Source: the human T2T-CHM13v2.0 reference genome, Homo sapiens. From it: a stretch of DNA of 64,000 nt. Numbering within the stretch: the first letter of the stretch is position 1; each line of letters begins with the position of its first letter. The DNA lies in assembly GCF_009914755.1 (NCBI RefSeq), contig NC_060940.1. One strand, given 5' to 3'. Shown here piece after piece: positions 1 to 15,000 of this stretch. The notes below the pieces were generated by a model. It was not told the DNA's origin, did no database searches, and saw only the letters and a list, made by a program, of their open reading frames with translations. Position numbers and translations under genes: made by a program.

Positions 1-3000
1 GATTTGGCAAAAAGAGAGATTGAAAACTATTCAGTCAAAAGATAGGTTCAACTCTGTGAGTTGAATGCAAACATCCCAGAAATGTTTCTCAGAATGCTTC
101 TGTGTAGTTTTTACGTGAAGATATTTCCTTTTCCACCATAGGGTGCAAAGGGCTCCAAATATCCACTTGCAGATTCTACAAAACGGAGATTCAAAACTGC
201 TCAATGAGAAGATAATTCAACTCAGTGAGTTCAATGCACACCTCACAAAGAAGTTTCTCAGAATGCTTCTGTGTAGTTTTTATGTGAAGATATTTGCTTT
301 TCCACAGTAGGCCTCAAAGCTCTCCAAACATCCACTTGCAGATTCTGCAAAAAGAGAGATTCAAAACTGCTCAATCAGAAGATGGGTTCAACTCTGTGAG
401 TTGAATGCATACATCACAAAGAAGTTTCTCTGAATACTTCTGTGTAGTTTTTATGTGAAGATATTTCTTTTTCCACAGTAGGCCTCAAAGGGCTCCAAAT
501 ATCCACTTGTAGTTTCTACAAAAAGACTGTTTCAATCTTGCTCAATCAAAAGAAAGTTTCAACTGTGTGCGATGAGTGCACACATCCCCAGGAAGATTCT
601 CACAATGCTTCTGTGTAGTTTTTATCTGAAGATATTTGCTTTTCTGCAGTAGGCCTCAAAGGGCTCCAAATATCCAGTTGTGGATTCTACAAAAACAGTG
701 TTTCAAACTGCTCAATCACAAGATAGGTTCAAACCTGTGAGATGAATGCACTCATCACAAAGAAGTTTCTCAGAATGTTTCTGTCTAGTTTTTATTTGAA
801 GATATTTCCTCTTCCACCATAGGCTGCAAATGGCTCCATATATCCACCTGCAGATTCTGCAAAAAGAGAAATTCAAAACTGCTCAATCAAAAGATAGGTT
901 CAACTCTGTGAGATGAATGCACACATCACAAAGAAGTTTCTCAGAATGCTTCCGTGTAGTTTTTATTTGAAGATTTTTTTTTCCACAAGCTGTGATGTGA
1001 ACGCACACATCACAAAGAAGTTGCTCAGAATACTTCTTTCTAATTTTTATGTGAAGATATTTCCTTTTCCACCACAGTCCTCCAGGTGCTCTAAATAGCC
1101 ATTTGCAGATTCCACAAAAAGAGTATTTCAAACCTTGTCATTCAAAAGAAATTTCAACTCCGGAAGATGAATGCACACATCACAAAGCAGTCTCTCAGAG
1201 TGCTTCTATCTAGTTTTTATGTGAAGACATTTCCTTTTCTACCATTGGCCACAAAGCACTAAAAATGTGCACTTGCAGATTCTACAAAAAGAGTGTTTCC
1301 ATACTGCTCTATCAAAAGAAAGTTTTAACTCTGTTTGATGAATGCACACATCGCAAAGAAGTTTCTCAGCTTGCTTCTATCTATATTTTATGTGAAAATA
1401 TTTCCTTTTCCACCAAAGGCCGCAAAGTGCTCCAAATGTCCACTTGCAGATTCTACAAAAGGAGTGTTTCCAAACTGCTCAATCAAAAGAAAGTTTCAGC
1501 TCACACATCACAAAGAAGTTTCCCAGAATGCTTCTGTCTATTTTTTTTGTGAAGATATTTCCTTTTCCACCATAGGCCTCAAAGCACTCCAAATATGCAC
1601 TTGCAAATTCTACAAAAAGAGAGTTTCAAAACTGCTCAAAGAAAAGAAAGGTTTAACTCTGTGAGATGAATGCACACATCACAAAGAAGTTTCTAGGATT
1701 GCTTCTGTCTAGATTTTATGTGAACATATTTCCTTTTCCAAAATTGGCTGCAAAGCGCTCCAAATGTCCACTTGCAGATACTACAAAAAGAATGTTTCCA
1801 AACTGCTCAATCAAAAGAAAGTTTCAACTCTGTGAGATGAACACATGCATCATGAAGGATTTTCTGAGAATTATTCTGTCTAGATTTCATGTGAAGATAT
1901 TTCCTTTTAGACCTGAAGCCTCAAAGTGCTCCAAATGTCCACTTGCAGATTCCACAAAAGGAGAGTTTTAAAACTACTCTATCAAAAGAAAGGTTAACCT
2001 CTGTGAGATGAATGCACAGATCACAAAGACGTTTCTCAGATTGCTTCTGTCTAGATTTTAAGTGAAGATATGTCCTTTTCTACCATAGGTCGCAAAGCGC
2101 CTTAAGTGTCCACTTGCAGATTCTACAAAAAGAGTGTTTTGAAACTGCTCAATGGACAGAAAGGTTCAACTCTGTGAGACGAATGCACACATCACAAAGA
2201 AGTTTCTCAGAATTCTTCTGTCTAGTTGTTATGTGAAGATATTTCCTTTTCCACCATAGGCTTCAAGGCGCTGGAAATGTCCACTTGCAGATTCTACAAA
2301 AAGAGTATTTCAAAACTAGTTTTTCAATAGAAAGATTCATCTCTGGGAGATGAATGCACACATCTCAGAGAGGTTCCTCAGAATGCTTCTATCTAGTTTT
2401 TAATGTGAAGATATTTCTTTTTCCAGCATATGCCTCAGAGCACTCCAAATGTCCACTTGCAGATCCTACAAAAAGAGAGTTTCAAAACTGCTCATCCAAA
2501 AGAAAGTTTCAACTCTGTGAGATGAATGCACATATCTCAAAGAAGTTCCCCAGATTGCTTCTTTCTAGAATTTATGTGAAGATATTTCATTTTCTAACGT
2601 AGGCCACATGGCGCTCCAAATGTCCACTTGCAGATTCTACAAAAATAGTGTTTTCAAACTGCTCAATCAAAAGAAAGTTTCAACTCTGTGAGATGAACGC
2701 ACGCATCACAAAGAGGTTTCTCAGAATTCTTCTGTCTAGTTTTTATGTGAAGATATTTCCTTTTCCACCATAGGCCTCAAACCACTCCAAATGTCCACTT
2801 GCAGATTCTACAAAAAGAGAGTTTCAAAACTGCTCAATCAAAAGAAAGGTTTGACTCTGTGTGATGAACGCACACATCACAAAGAAGTTTCTCAGATTGC
2901 TTCTGTCTAGATTTTATGTGAAGATATTTCCTTTTCTACAATAGGCCGCAAACCACTCAAAATGTCCACTTGCAGAGTGTACAAAAAGAGTGTTTCCAAA

Positions 3001-6000
3001 CTGCTCAATCAAAAGAAACATTCAACTTTGTGAGATGAATGCACACATCACAAAGAAATTTCTCAGAATTTTTCTGTCTAGTTTTTATATGAAGATATTT
3101 TATTTTCCACCATAGGCCTCAAGGCGCTCGAAATGTCCACTTACAGGCTCTACAAAATGAGTATTTCAAAACTGGTCTATCAAAAGAGAGGTTCAGCTCT
3201 AGGAGATGAAGGCACACATCACAAAATAGTTTCTCAGGATGCTTCTATCTAGTTTTTATGTGAAGATATTTCCTTTTCCACCATAGGCCTCAAAGCGCTC
3301 CAGATGTCCACTTGCAGATTCTACAAAAAGAGTGTTTCCAAACTGCTCAATCATAAGATACTTTCAACCCTGTGAGATAAATGCACACATCACAAAGAAG
3401 TTTCTCGGAATGTTCCTGTGTAGTTTTTATTTGAAGATATTTCATTTTCCACCATAGGCCACAAAGGGCTCCAAATATCCACTTGCAGATTAAAAAAAAA
3501 GAGAGAGAAATTCAAAACTGCTCAATCAAAAGATAGGTTCAATTCTGTGACTTGAATGCCCACATCAAAAAGAAGTTTCTCAGAATGCTTCTGTGCAGTT
3601 CTTATGTGAAGATATTTGCTTTTCCACCATAGACCTCAAAGCTCTCCAAATATCCACTCGCAGATTCTGCAAAAAGAGAGATTCAAAACTGCTCAATCAA
3701 AAGATAGGTTCAATTCTGTGACTTGAATGCCCACATCACAAAGAAGTTTCTCAGAATGCTTCTGTGCAGTTGTTATGTGAAGATATTTGCTTTTCCACCA
3801 TAGACCTCAAAGCTCTCCAAATATCCACTTGCAGATTCTGCAAAAAGAGAGATTCAAAACTGCTCAATCAAAAGATAGGTTCGATTCTGTGAGTTGAATG
3901 CCCTCCTCACAAAGAAGTTTATCAGAATGCTTCTCTGTAGTTTTTATGCAAAGATATTTGCTTTTCCACAGTAGGCCTCAAAGCGCTTCAAATATCCCCA
4001 TACAGATTCTGCAAAAAGTGAGATTCAAATCTGCTCAATCAAAAGATGGGTTCAACTCTGTGAGTTGATTGCACTCATAACAAAGAATTTTCTCAGAATG
4101 CTTCTGTGTAGTTTTTATGTGAAGATATTTCCTTTTCCAAAATAGGCCTCAAAGCCCCCCAAATATCGAACTCCAGATTCTACAAAGAGTGTTTCAAAAC
4201 CGCTCAAACAAAAGAAAGTTTCAACTCCGTAGGATGAATGCACACAGCCCAAAGAAGTTTCTCAGAATCCCTCAGTCTAGTTTTTATGTGATGATATTTT
4301 CTTTTCAGCCATAGACCTCAAAGCACTCCAAATATCCCCTTGCAGATTCTACAAAAAGAGTGTTTGAAAACTGCTCAATCAAAACAAATTTTCAACTATG
4401 TGGGATGAATGCAGACATCACAAAGAAGTTTCTCAGAATGCTTCTGTCTAGTTTTTACGTGAAGATATTTCCTTTTCAGCTATAGGCCTCAAAACCCCCC
4501 AAATAGCCCGTTGCAGATACTACCAAAAGAGTGTTTGCAAACTGCTTGATCAAAAGAAATGTTCAAGACTGTGAGTTGAACGCCCCCCTCACAAAGAAGT
4601 CTCTCTGAATGCTTCTGTGTAGTTTTTATTTGAAGATATTTCCTTTTCCACCATAGGCCTCAAAGCGCTCCAAATATCCACTTGCAGATTCTACAAAAAG
4701 AGTGTTCCAAAACTGCTCAATCACAGGAATGGTCCAATTCTTTAAGCAGAATGCACACATCACAAAGAAGTTTCTCAGAATGCTTCTGCCTAGTTTTTAG
4801 GTGAAGATATTTCCTTTTCAGCTGTCGGCCTCAAAGCGATCCAAATATAAATTTGTAGATACTACAAAAAGAGTGATTCAAAACTGCTCAATCAAAACAA
4901 AGTTTCAACTCCGTGAGATGAATGCACATATCCCAAAGAAGTTTCTCAGAATGCTTCTGTCTAGTTTTTATGTGAAGATATTTCCTTTTCAGCTATAAGC
5001 CTCATAGCGCTCCAAATATCCATTTGCAGATACATCAAAACGAGTGTTTCCAAACTGCTCAATCAAAAGAAATGTTCAACTCTGTGAGTTGAATGCAGAC
5101 ATGACAAAGAAGTTTCTGAGAATGCTTCTGTCTAGTTTTCACGTGAAGATACTTCCTTTTCCACAATAGGCCACAAAGCGCTCCAAATATCCACTTGCAT
5201 ATTCTACAAAAAGAGTGTTTCAAAAGTGCTCAATCAAAAGAAATGTTCAACTCTTTGAGATAAATGCAAATATCACAAAGAAGTTTCTCACAGTGCTTCT
5301 GTCTAGTTTTAATGTGAAGATATTTCCTCTTCAGCTATAGGCCTCAAAGTGCTCCAAATATCCATATGCAGATACTTCAGAAAGAGTGTTTCCAAACTGC
5401 TCAATCAAAAGAAAGTTTCAACGCTGTGAGTTGAAATCACACATCACAAAGAAGTTTCTGAGAATTCTTCTGTGTAGTTTTCATGTGAGGTTATTTCCTT
5501 TTCCACCATAGGCCTCAAAGCCCTCCAAATATCCACTTGCAGATTCTATAAAAAGAGTGTTTCAAAACTGCACAATCAAAAGAAAGATTCAACTCTGTTA
5601 GGTGAATGCACACATCACAAAGGAGTTTCTGAGAATGCTTCTGTCTAGTTTTTATTTGAAGATATTTCCTTTTCCACAATATTCCTCAATGCACTCCAAA
5701 TATCCACTTACAGTTTCTACAAAAAGAGCATTTCAAAACTGCTCAATCAAAAGAAAAGTTCAACTCTCTGAGATTAGTGCACTTACGACAAAGGAGTTTC
5801 TCAGAATGCTTCTGTCTGGTTTTTATGTCAACATATTTCCCTTTCAGCTATAGGCCTCAAAGCGCTCCAAATATCCTTTTGCAGATACTGCAAAAAGAGT
5901 GTTTCAAAACTGTTCAAACAAAAGAAAGCTTCAACTCTGTGAGATGAATGCACACATTACAAAGCAGTATCTCAGAATGCTTCTGTCTAGTTATTATGTG

Positions 6001-9000
6001 AAGATATTTCCTTTTCAGCTTTAGGTCCCAAAGTGCTCCAAATATCCATTTTCAGATACTACAGAAAGAGTGTTTCCAATCTGCTCCATCAAAAGAAAGG
6101 TTCAACTCTGTGAGTTGAATGCACACATCACAAAGTAGTTTCTGAGAATGCTTCAGCCTAGTTTTTATTTGAAGATATTTTATTTTCCAAAATGGGCCTC
6201 AAAGCGCTCCAAATATCCACGTGCAGATTCTTAAAAAAGAGTGTTTCAAAACTGCTCTATCAAAAGAAAGGTTCAACTCTGTGAGATGAATGCACACATC
6301 ACAAAGAAGTTTTTCGGAATGCTTCTGTATACTTTTTATATGAAGATATTTCCTTTTCAGCTATAGGCCTCAAAGCGCTTCAAATGTCCATTTGCAGATA
6401 CTACAAAAATAGTGTTTCCAACTGCTCAATCAAAAGAAAGGTTGAACTCTGTGAGTTGAATGCACACTTCACAAAGAAGTTTCTGAGAATGCTTCTGTCT
6501 AGTTTTTATGTGAGGATATTTCCTTTTACACCATAGTCCTCAAAGTGCTTCAAATATCCACTTGCAGATACTACAAAAAGAGTGTTACCAAAATGTTCAA
6601 TCAAAAGAGAAATTCAATTCTGCGAGTTGAATGCACACAACACTAACTAGTTTCTGAAAATGCTTCTGTCTAGTGTTAATATGAAGATATTTCCTTTACC
6701 ACGAGAGTCACAATCGCTCCAAATATCCAATTGCAGATACTACAAAAACTGTGTTTCAAAACTGCTCAATAAAAAGAAAGTTTCAACTCTGTGAGATGAA
6801 TGTACACATCACAAAGAAGTTTCTCAGAATGCTTTTCTCTAGTTTTTAAGTGAAGATATTTCCTTTTCAGCTATAGACCTCAAAGCGCTCCAAGTATCCA
6901 TCTGCAGATACTACAAAAAGAGTGTTTCCAAACTGCTCAATCAAAAGAAAAGTTCAACTCTGTGAGTTGAATGCACTCATCACAAAGATGTTTCTGAGAA
7001 TGCTTCTGTCTAGTTTTTATGTGAAGATATTTCCTTTTCCATCATAGGCCTCAAAGTGCTCCAAATATCCATTTGCCAACACTACAAAAAGAGTGTTTCC
7101 AAACTTCTCAATCAAAAGAAAGGTTCAACTTAGTGAGTTGAATGCACACATCAAAAAGAAGTTTCTGATAATGCTTCTGTCTAGTTTTTACGTTAAGATA
7201 TTTCCTTTTCCACCATAGGCCTCAAAGTGATCCAAATATCCACTTGCAGATACTACAAAAAGAGTGTTCCAAAACTACTCAACTACAAGGAAGGCTCAAC
7301 TCAGTGAGGTGAATGCACACATCACAAAGAAGTTTCTCAGAATGCTTCTGTCAATTTTTTTTGTGAAGATATTTCCTTTTCCACCATTGGCAACACAGCC
7401 CTCTAAATATCTATTTGTAGATACTACAAAAAGAGTGTTTCCAAACTGCTCAATCAAAACAAAGTATCAACTCTGTGAGTTGAATGCACTCATAACAAAG
7501 TATTGTCTGAGAATACTTCTGTCTAGTTTTTATGTGAAGATATTTCCTTTTCAGCTATAGGCCTCAAAGTGCTCCAAATATCCATTTGCAGATACTACAA
7601 AAAGAGTGTTTCCAAAATGCTCAATCAAAAGAAATGTTCAACTCTGAGTTGAATGCACATATCACGAAGGTGTTTGTGAGAATGCTTCTGTCTAGTTTTT
7701 TTTTTGAAGATATTTCCTTTTCCACCATAGGCCTCAAAGTGCTCCAAATATAAACTTGCAGACTCTACAAAAAGAGTGTTTCAAAACTACTCAATCAAAA
7801 GAAAGGTTCAACTCTCTGAGATGAACGCACACATCACAAAGAGGTTTCTCAGAATGCTTCTGTCTAGTTTTTATGTGATGACATTTCCTTTTCTGCTACA
7901 GGCCTCAAAACGCTCCAAATATCCACTTTCAGACAGTACAATAAGAGTGTTTCCAAAGTGCTCAATCAAAAGGAAAGTTCAGCTCTGTGAGTTGAATGCA
8001 CACATCACAAAGTACTTTCTGAGAATGCTTCTGTTTAGTTCTTATGTGAAGATATTTCCTCTTCCGCAATTGGCCCCAAAGTGCTCCAAACATCCACTTG
8101 CAGATTCTACAAAGGAATGTTTCAAAACTGCTCAATCAAAAGAGATATTCAAATCTGTGAGATGAATGCACACATCAAAACGAAGTTTCAGAGAATGCTT
8201 CTGTCTAGTTTTTATGTGAAGATATTTTCTTTTTCACCATTGGCATCAAAGTGCTCCAAATATCCACTTGCAGATTCTACAAAAAGAGTGTTTCAAAACT
8301 GCACAGAGAAAAGAAAGGTTCAACTCTGTGAGATGAATGCACACATCACAAAGAAGTTTCTCAGAATGCTTCTGTCTAGTTTTTATAAGAAGATATTTCC
8401 CTTTCTGCTACAGGCCTCTAATCACTCCAAATATCCATTTGCAGATACTCCAAAAAAGTGTTTTGAAACTGCTCAATCAAAAGAAAGGTTCAACTCCGTG
8501 AGATAAATGCTCACATGACACAGAAGTATCTGAGAATGCTTCTGTCTAGTTTTTATGTGAAGATACATCCATTTCCACAGTAGGCCTCAATGTGCTCCAA
8601 ATATACACATGTAGATCTACAAAAAGAGTGTTTCAAAACGGCTCAATCAAAAGAAAGGTTCAACTCTGTTAGACGAATGCAGACATCACAAAGAAGTTTC
8701 TCAGAATGCTTCTGTCTAGTTTTTATTTGCACATATTTCCTTTTTCACCAAAGGCTTCAAAGTGCTCCAAATATCCACTTCCAGTTTCTACAAAAAGAGT
8801 GTTTCAAAAGGGGTCAATGAAAGGAAAAGTTCAACTCTGTGAGATGAATTCATACATCACAAAGAAGTTTCTCAGAATGCTTCTGTCTAGTTTTTATGTG
8901 AAGATATTTCCTTTTCAGCTATAGGCCTCAAAGTGCTCCAAATATCCATTTGCAGATACTACAAGAAGAGTGTTTCCAAACTGCTCAATCAAAAGAAAGG

Positions 9001-12000
9001 TTGAACTCTGTGAGTTGAATGCACAAATCACAAAGAAGTTTCTGAGAATGCTTCTGTCTAGATTTTATGTGAAGATAATTCCTTTTCCACTGTAACCCTC
9101 AAAGCGCTGCAAATATCCACTTGCAGATTCTACAAAAGGAGTGTTTCAAAACTGCTCAATCAAAAGAAAGAATCAACTCTATGAGACGAATGCACACATC
9201 ACAAAGAAGTTTCTCAGAATGTTTCTGTACCGTTTTTATGTGAAGATATTTCCATTACAGCTATAGGGCTCAAAGCGCCCCAAATATCCATTTGCAGATA
9301 CAAAAAAAGAATGTTTCCAAACTGCTCAATCAAAGGAAAGGTTCAACTCTGTGAGATGAATGCACACATCACACAGAAGTATCTGAGAATGCTTCTGTCT
9401 AGTTTTTATGTGAAGATATATCTGTTTCCACAATAGGCCTCAAAGTGCTCCAAATATACACATGCAGATTCTACAAAAAGAGTGTTTCAAAACGGCTCAA
9501 TCAAAAGAAAGGTTCAACTCTGTGAGATGAATGCAGACATCACAAAGAAGTTTCTCAGAATGTTTTTGTCTAGTTGTTATTTGCATTTATTTCCTTTTTC
9601 ACCATAAGCCTCAAAGCGCATGAAATATCCACTTACAGATTCTAGAAAAAGAGTGTTTCAAAACAGGTCAATCAAAGGAAAGATTCACCTCTGTGAGATG
9701 AATCCATACATCACAAAGAAGTTTCTCAGAATGCTTCTGTTTAGTTTTTATCTGAAGATATTTACTTTTCTACCACAGGCTTCAAAGTGCTCCAAATATC
9801 CACTTGCAGATTCTACAAAAAGAGTGTTTCAATACTGCTCAATCAAAGAAGAGGTTTAACCCTGTGAGATGAACTCACACATAACAAAGAAGGTTCTGAG
9901 AATGTTTCTGTCTAGTTTTTATGTGAAGATATTTCCTTCTCACTTGTAGGCGTCAAAGCACTCTAAACATCCATTTGCAGATACTACAAAAAGAATGTTT
10001 CCAAAATGCTCAATCAAAAGTAAGTTTCAACTCTGTGAGTTTAATGCACACATCACTAATAAGTTTCTGAGAATACTTCTGTCTAGTTTTAATATGAAGA
10101 TATTTCCTTTTCCACCAGAGGCAAAATCGCTCCAAATATTCACTTGCAGATTCTTCAAAAAGAGTGTTTCAAAACGGCTCAATCAAAGCAAAGGTGCAAC
10201 CCTGTGAGATGAATGTAGACATCACAAAGAAGTTTCTCAGAATGCTTCTGTCTAGTTTTTATTTGCACATATTTCCTTTTTCATCAGAGGCCTCAAAGCG
10301 CTCCAAATATCCACTTGCAGATTCTACAAAAAGAGTGTTTCAAAACTGCTCAGTCAAAAGGAAGGTTCAACTCTGCGAGATGAATGCACACATAACAAAG
10401 AAGTTTCTCAGACTTTGTCTGTCTAGTTTTTATGTGAAGATATTTCGTTTTCCAATGCAGGCCTCCAAGGGAACAAAATATCCACTTGCAGATTCTACAA
10501 AAAGAGTGTTTCAAAACTGCTCAATCAACAGAAAGTTTCAACTCTCTGAGATGAATGCAAGCATTGCAAACTAGTTTCTGAGAATGCTTCTGTCCAGTTT
10601 TTATGTGAAGATATTTCCTTTTCCACCATAGGCCTCAAAGCACTCCAAGTATCCACTTGTGGATTCTACAAAAAGAGTGTTTCAAAACTACTCAATCAAA
10701 AGAAAGTTTCATCTCTGTAAGATAAATGCACATATCACAAGGAAGTTTCTCAGAATACTTCTGTCTAGTGTTTATGTGAAGATATTTCCTTTTCAGCTAT
10801 AGACCTCAAAGCGCTCCAAAGATCCATTTGCAGATACTAAAAGAGAGTGTTTCCAAACTGCTCAATCAAAAGAAATGTTCAAATCTGTGAGTTAAACGCA
10901 CACATCACAAAGAAGTTTTGGAGAATGCTTCTGCCTAGTTTTTAGGTGAAGATATTTTCTTTTCCACAATAAGCCTTTAAGCGCTCCAAAAATACACTTA
11001 CAGGTTCTATAAAAAGAGTGTTTCACGACTGCTCAATCAAAGGAAAACTTCACCTCTGTGAGGTGAATGCACACATCACAAAGAAGTTTCTCAGACTTCT
11101 TCTGTATTGTTTTTATGTGACGATATTTCATTTTCCACTATAGACCACAAAAAGCTCGGCATATCCATTTGCAGATACTACTAGAAGACTGTTTCCGAAC
11201 TGCTCAATCAAAAGAAAGGTTAAAATCCGTGAGTTGAATGCACACAACACTAAGAAGTTTCTCAGAATCCTTCTGTCTAGTTTTTATGTGAAGGTATGTC
11301 CTATTCCACCAGAGGCCTCATAGCGCTCCAAATATCCTCTTGCAGATTCTACATAAAAAAGTGTTTCCAAACTGCTCAATAAAAAGAAAGTTTCAATTCT
11401 GTGAGATGAATGCACACATCACAATGACGTTTCTGGAATTCTTCTGTCTAGTTTTTATGTAAAGATATTTCCTTTTCCACCATAGGCCTTAACGTGCTCC
11501 AAATATCCATTTGCAGATTCTACAAAAAGAGTGTTTCAAAACTGCTCAATCAAAAGACAGTTTCAACTCTGTGAGATGAATGCACATGTCACAGAGAAGT
11601 TTCTCAGAATGCTTCTGTCTAGTTTTTAGGTGAAGGTATTTCCTTTTCAGCTGTAAGCCTCAAAGGGCTCCAAATATCCATTTGCAGATACTACAAAAAG
11701 AGTGTTTCAAATCTGCTCAATGAAAAGAAATGTTCAATTCTGTGAGATGAATGCACAAATCATAAAGAAGTTTCTGAGAATGCTTCTGTCTAGTTTTTAT
11801 GTGAAGATATTTCCTTTCCCACCATGGGCCCCAAAGCCCTCCAAATAACCCCCTGGAGATTGTACAAAAGGAGTGCTTCAAAACAGCTCAATCAAAAGAA
11901 AATTTCAACTCTGTGAGATTAATGCTGCCATCACAAAGGAAGTTTCTCAGAATGCTTCTGTCTAGTTTTTAAATGAAAATGTTATCTTTTCTACCATAGT

Positions 12001-15000
12001 CCTCAAATCACTCCAAATACCCACTTGAAGATAATAAAAAAAGACAGTTTCCCCACTGCTCAATAAAAAAAAAGGTTCAAATCTGTGAGATGAATGCACA
12101 CATCACAAAGAAGTTTCTCAGAATGTTACTGTTTAGTTTTCATGTGAAGATATTTACTTTTTCACGTGAAGATATTTCTTTTTTCACCACAGGCTTCAAA
12201 GCACTCCAAATATCTATTTGCAGATTCTACAAAAAGATTGTTTACAAACTGCTCAATCAAAAGAAAGTTTCAACTCTGTGACATGAAAGAACACATCAAA
12301 AAGGAGTTTCCCAGAAAGCTTCTGTCTAGTTTTTATGTGAAGATATTTCCTATTTCTCCATAAGCCTCAATGGTTTCATCAATATCCCTTTGCACATTCT
12401 ACATAACGACTGTTTCCAAATTACTCCATCAAAAGAAAGTTTCAACTCTGTGAGATGAATGCACAAATCAAAAAGAAGTTTCTCAGAATGTTTCTGTCTA
12501 GTTTTTACGTGAAGATATTTCCTTTTCCACCATAGGCCAAAAATCGCTCCAAATATCCACTTGCATATTCTACAACAATAGTGTTTCCAAACTGCTCAAT
12601 CAAAAGAAACTTTCAAATCTGTGAGATGAATGCATGCATCCCAAAGAAGTTTCTCAGAATGTTTCTCTCTAGTTCTTATGTGAAAATATTTCTTTTCCAC
12701 TCAATAATGCAGAGCGCTCCAAATATCCACTTGCCGATTACACAAAAAGAGTGTTTCAAAACTGCTGAATCAAAAGAAAAGTTCAATTGTGTGAGTATAA
12801 TGCACATTTTACAAAGAAGTTTCTCAGAATGCTTCTGTCTAGTTTTTATGTGAAGATATTCCTATTTCTACTTTAGGCCTCAACGCATCCAAATATCCAT
12901 TTTCAGATACTACAAAGACTGTTTCCAAACTGCACAATCAAAACAAAGTTTCAACTCTGTGAGTTGAAGGCACATATCACAAAGAAGTTTATCTGAATGC
13001 TTCTGTCTAGCGATTATGTGACGATATTTTCTTTTCCACTGTACACCACAAAGTGCTACAAATATCCACTTGCAGATTTAAAGAAGGAGAGCTTCAAAAC
13101 TATTCAATCATAAAGCAGGTTCAACTGTGTGAGCTGAATACACACATCACAAAGAACTCTCTCAGAATGGTTCTGTCTAGTTTTTATGTGAACGTATTTG
13201 CTTTTGCACTATATGCATCAAAGTGGTCAAAATACTCACTTGAAGATTCTATAAAAAGAATGTTTCAAAACTAATCAATCAAAAGAAAGGTTCAACTCTG
13301 TGAGATGAATGCACACATCACAACGAAGTTTCTCAGAATACTTCTGTCTAGTTTTCATGGGAAGATATTTCATTTTACACTGTAAGCCTCAAAGAGCTAA
13401 AAATATACTTTTGTAGATACTACAAAAAGAGGGTTTCAGAACTGTTCAATCAAAAGAAAGTTTCAACTCTGTGAGATGAATGCACACATCACAAAGTAGT
13501 TTCTCAGAATGCTTCTGTCTAGTTTTTATGTGAAGATATTTCCTTTTCCACTATATGCCTCAAAGCATTCCAAATATCCATTTGCAGATACTTCAAAAAG
13601 ACTCTTTCCAAACTCCTAAATCAAATGAAATGTTCAACTCTGTGAGATGAATGCAGGCATCACAAATAAATTTCTGAGAATGCTTCTGGCTAGTTTTTAT
13701 ATGAAGATATTTCCTTTTCCATTATAAGACTCGAAGCACTCCAAATATCCATTTGCAGATTCTACAAAAGGAGTATTTCAAAACTGCTCAATCAAAAGAA
13801 AGTTTCATCTCTCTGAGATAAATGCACACATCACAAAGAAGTTTCTGAGAAAGCTTCTGCCTAGTTTTTATGTGAAGCTATTTCCTTTTCCACTATAGGC
13901 CTCAAAGCGCTCCAAATATCCATTTGCAGATACTACAAAATGACTGTTTCTAAACTGCTCAATCAAAAGAAAGGATCAACTCTGTGAGTTCCATCCACAC
14001 ATCACAGAGAAGTTTCTCAGAATGCTTCTGTCTAGTTTTTATATGAAGATATATCCTTTCCACTGTAGGACTGAAAGAGCTCCACATATCCACTTGCAGA
14101 TTCTACAAAGAGTGTTTCAAAACTCCTCAATGTAAAGAAAGGTTCAACTCAGTGAGATGAATGCACACCACAAAGGAGTTTCTCAGAATGCTTCTGTCTA
14201 GTTTTTATGTGAAGATATTCCCTTTTCACCATAGGCTTCAAAGTGCTCCAAATATCCATTTGCAGATACTACAAAATGACTGTTTCCAAACTTCTCAATC
14301 AAAAGAAAGGATCAACGCTGTGAGTTGAATGCACACATCACAGAGAAGTTTCTGAGAATGCTTCTGTCTAGTTTGTATGTGAAGGTATTTCCGTTTCCTC
14401 AACAGGCCTCAAAGTGGTCCATATATCCAGTTGCAGACACTGCGAAAAGAGTGTTTCAAAAATGCTCAATCAAAAGAGAGTTTCAACTCTGTGAGATGAA
14501 TGCACACATCACAAAGAAGTTTCTCAGAATGGTTCTGTCTAGTTTTTATGCGAAGACATTTCCTTCTCCACTGTAGGCCTAAAACTGCTCCAATTATCCA
14601 TTTGCAGATAACACAAAAAGACTGTTTCCAAATTGCTCAGTCAGAAGAATGGTTCAGCTCTGTGAGTTGAATGCACACATCACTGAGAAGTTTTTCAAAA
14701 TGCTTCCATCTAGTTTTTATGTGAAGATATTTTCTTTTCCACTATAGGCCTCAAAGTGCTCCAAATACCCACTTGCAGATTCTTCAAAAACACAGTTTCC
14801 AAACTGCTCAATCAAAGGAAGGGTTCAACTCTTTGAATTGAAAGCACACATCACAAAGAAGTTTCTCAGAATGCTTCTGTCTAGTTTTTATGTGAAGCTA
14901 TTTCCTTTTCTGCCATAGGCCACAAAGCGCTCCAATCATCCACTTTCAGACTCTACAAAAAGAGTGTTTCAAAACTGCTCAATCAAAAGAATGGTTCAAC

